Positions 63,698 through 64,000 of a stretch of 64,000 nt of DNA are shown here, piece by piece. Positions within the stretch are counted from its first letter, which is position 1. Each line of letters begins with the position of its first letter. The DNA lies in the NCBI GenBank assembly GCA_008632985.1, contig QPGO01000190.1, positions 1 to 64,000 of the forward strand. Reading direction: 5' to 3'. A model generated the notes under the pieces. The model was not told the DNA's origin, made no database searches, and saw only the letters and a program-made list of their open reading frames with translations. Origin of the DNA: Psammoneis japonica. Its lineage: Eukaryota. Made by a program: the position numbers and the translations under genes.

Positions 63698-64000
63698 TGG
63701 CAGTCTTTGTGGCCCTGAAAGTGGTGAAGAACAGTCAAGCTTGCACACAACAAGCAGCTGTGGAGATCAATGTCTTTGGGTGCTGAGTCAAGACAAGGAT
63801 TTCTTGGCCATTAACGTCAAAGCGAAAACCGCAAGATGTGCACCTGCAATCGTGCAGTCCGCATCAGAATCACCTTTGCTTGGTGTTTGAATTGTTGGGG
63901 ATGAACACATGAGAGGTTTTGAATCAGCGGCAGTTCAGAGGGTTGCCCTTGACAAAGGTTCGGCCGCTGCTCATGAAAACAACGGACGGCAGCGTGAAGG
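63698..64000 (+). pseudogene. Yak1/DYRK-family kinase fragment, copy 2 (runs off window end)
   Basis: Near-identical to 51405-51707; similarity between the copies begins at the same tggcagtctttgtggccctgaaagtgg. Confidence 0.9.

Larger units (their letters stand above)
41500..64000. other. Large CpG/TpA-depleted degenerate block of gene and transposon relics; less complete depletion at ~50.9-55.5 kb and ~62.6-64 kb
   Basis: Near absence of TA and CG, excess TG/CA, Tyr-poor Cys/His-rich translations in all frames. Confidence 0.9.

Noticed and set aside
41500..64000. Numerous 60-260 aa Cys/His-rich ORFs as real genes or metal-binding proteins
   Set aside because: They overlap in all six frames; loss of TA removes many TAA/TAG stops and TG/CA excess inflates Cys/His/Gln

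Overview
Eukaryotic nuclear DNA, most likely a diatom (short GT-AG introns; gene families typical of diatoms; taxon is my inference). A gene-dense core of normal composition (~2.3-41.4 kb) holds an RsmB/Sun methyltransferase, two sulfotransferase-like paralogues, Topo VI B, a DUF4440-like protein, a mitochondrial carrier, an ABCB half-transporter, an [FeFe]-hydrogenase, an AEC/PIN-like transporter, mevalonate diphosphate decarboxylase, a divergent thymidylate-synthase-fold gene, a TLC protein and IMP1. Several genes carry single-base indels that look like assembly errors. The core is flanked (1-2.2 kb, ~41.5-64 kb) and interrupted (14.7-16.5 kb) by DNA almost free of both CpG and TpA and rich in TpG/CpA. 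Gene relics there have Tyr replaced by Cys/His, two copies of one kinase fragment resolved the same TATA differently, and surviving TpA sit mostly in YTAR context. The best candidate for an undescribed system is therefore a regional, RIP-like hypermutation process that turns A into G at 5'-TAY-3' alongside CpG decay. A base-calling artefact must be excluded, and I cannot check the literature for prior description. All counts are manual and family assignments are from motif recognition only.
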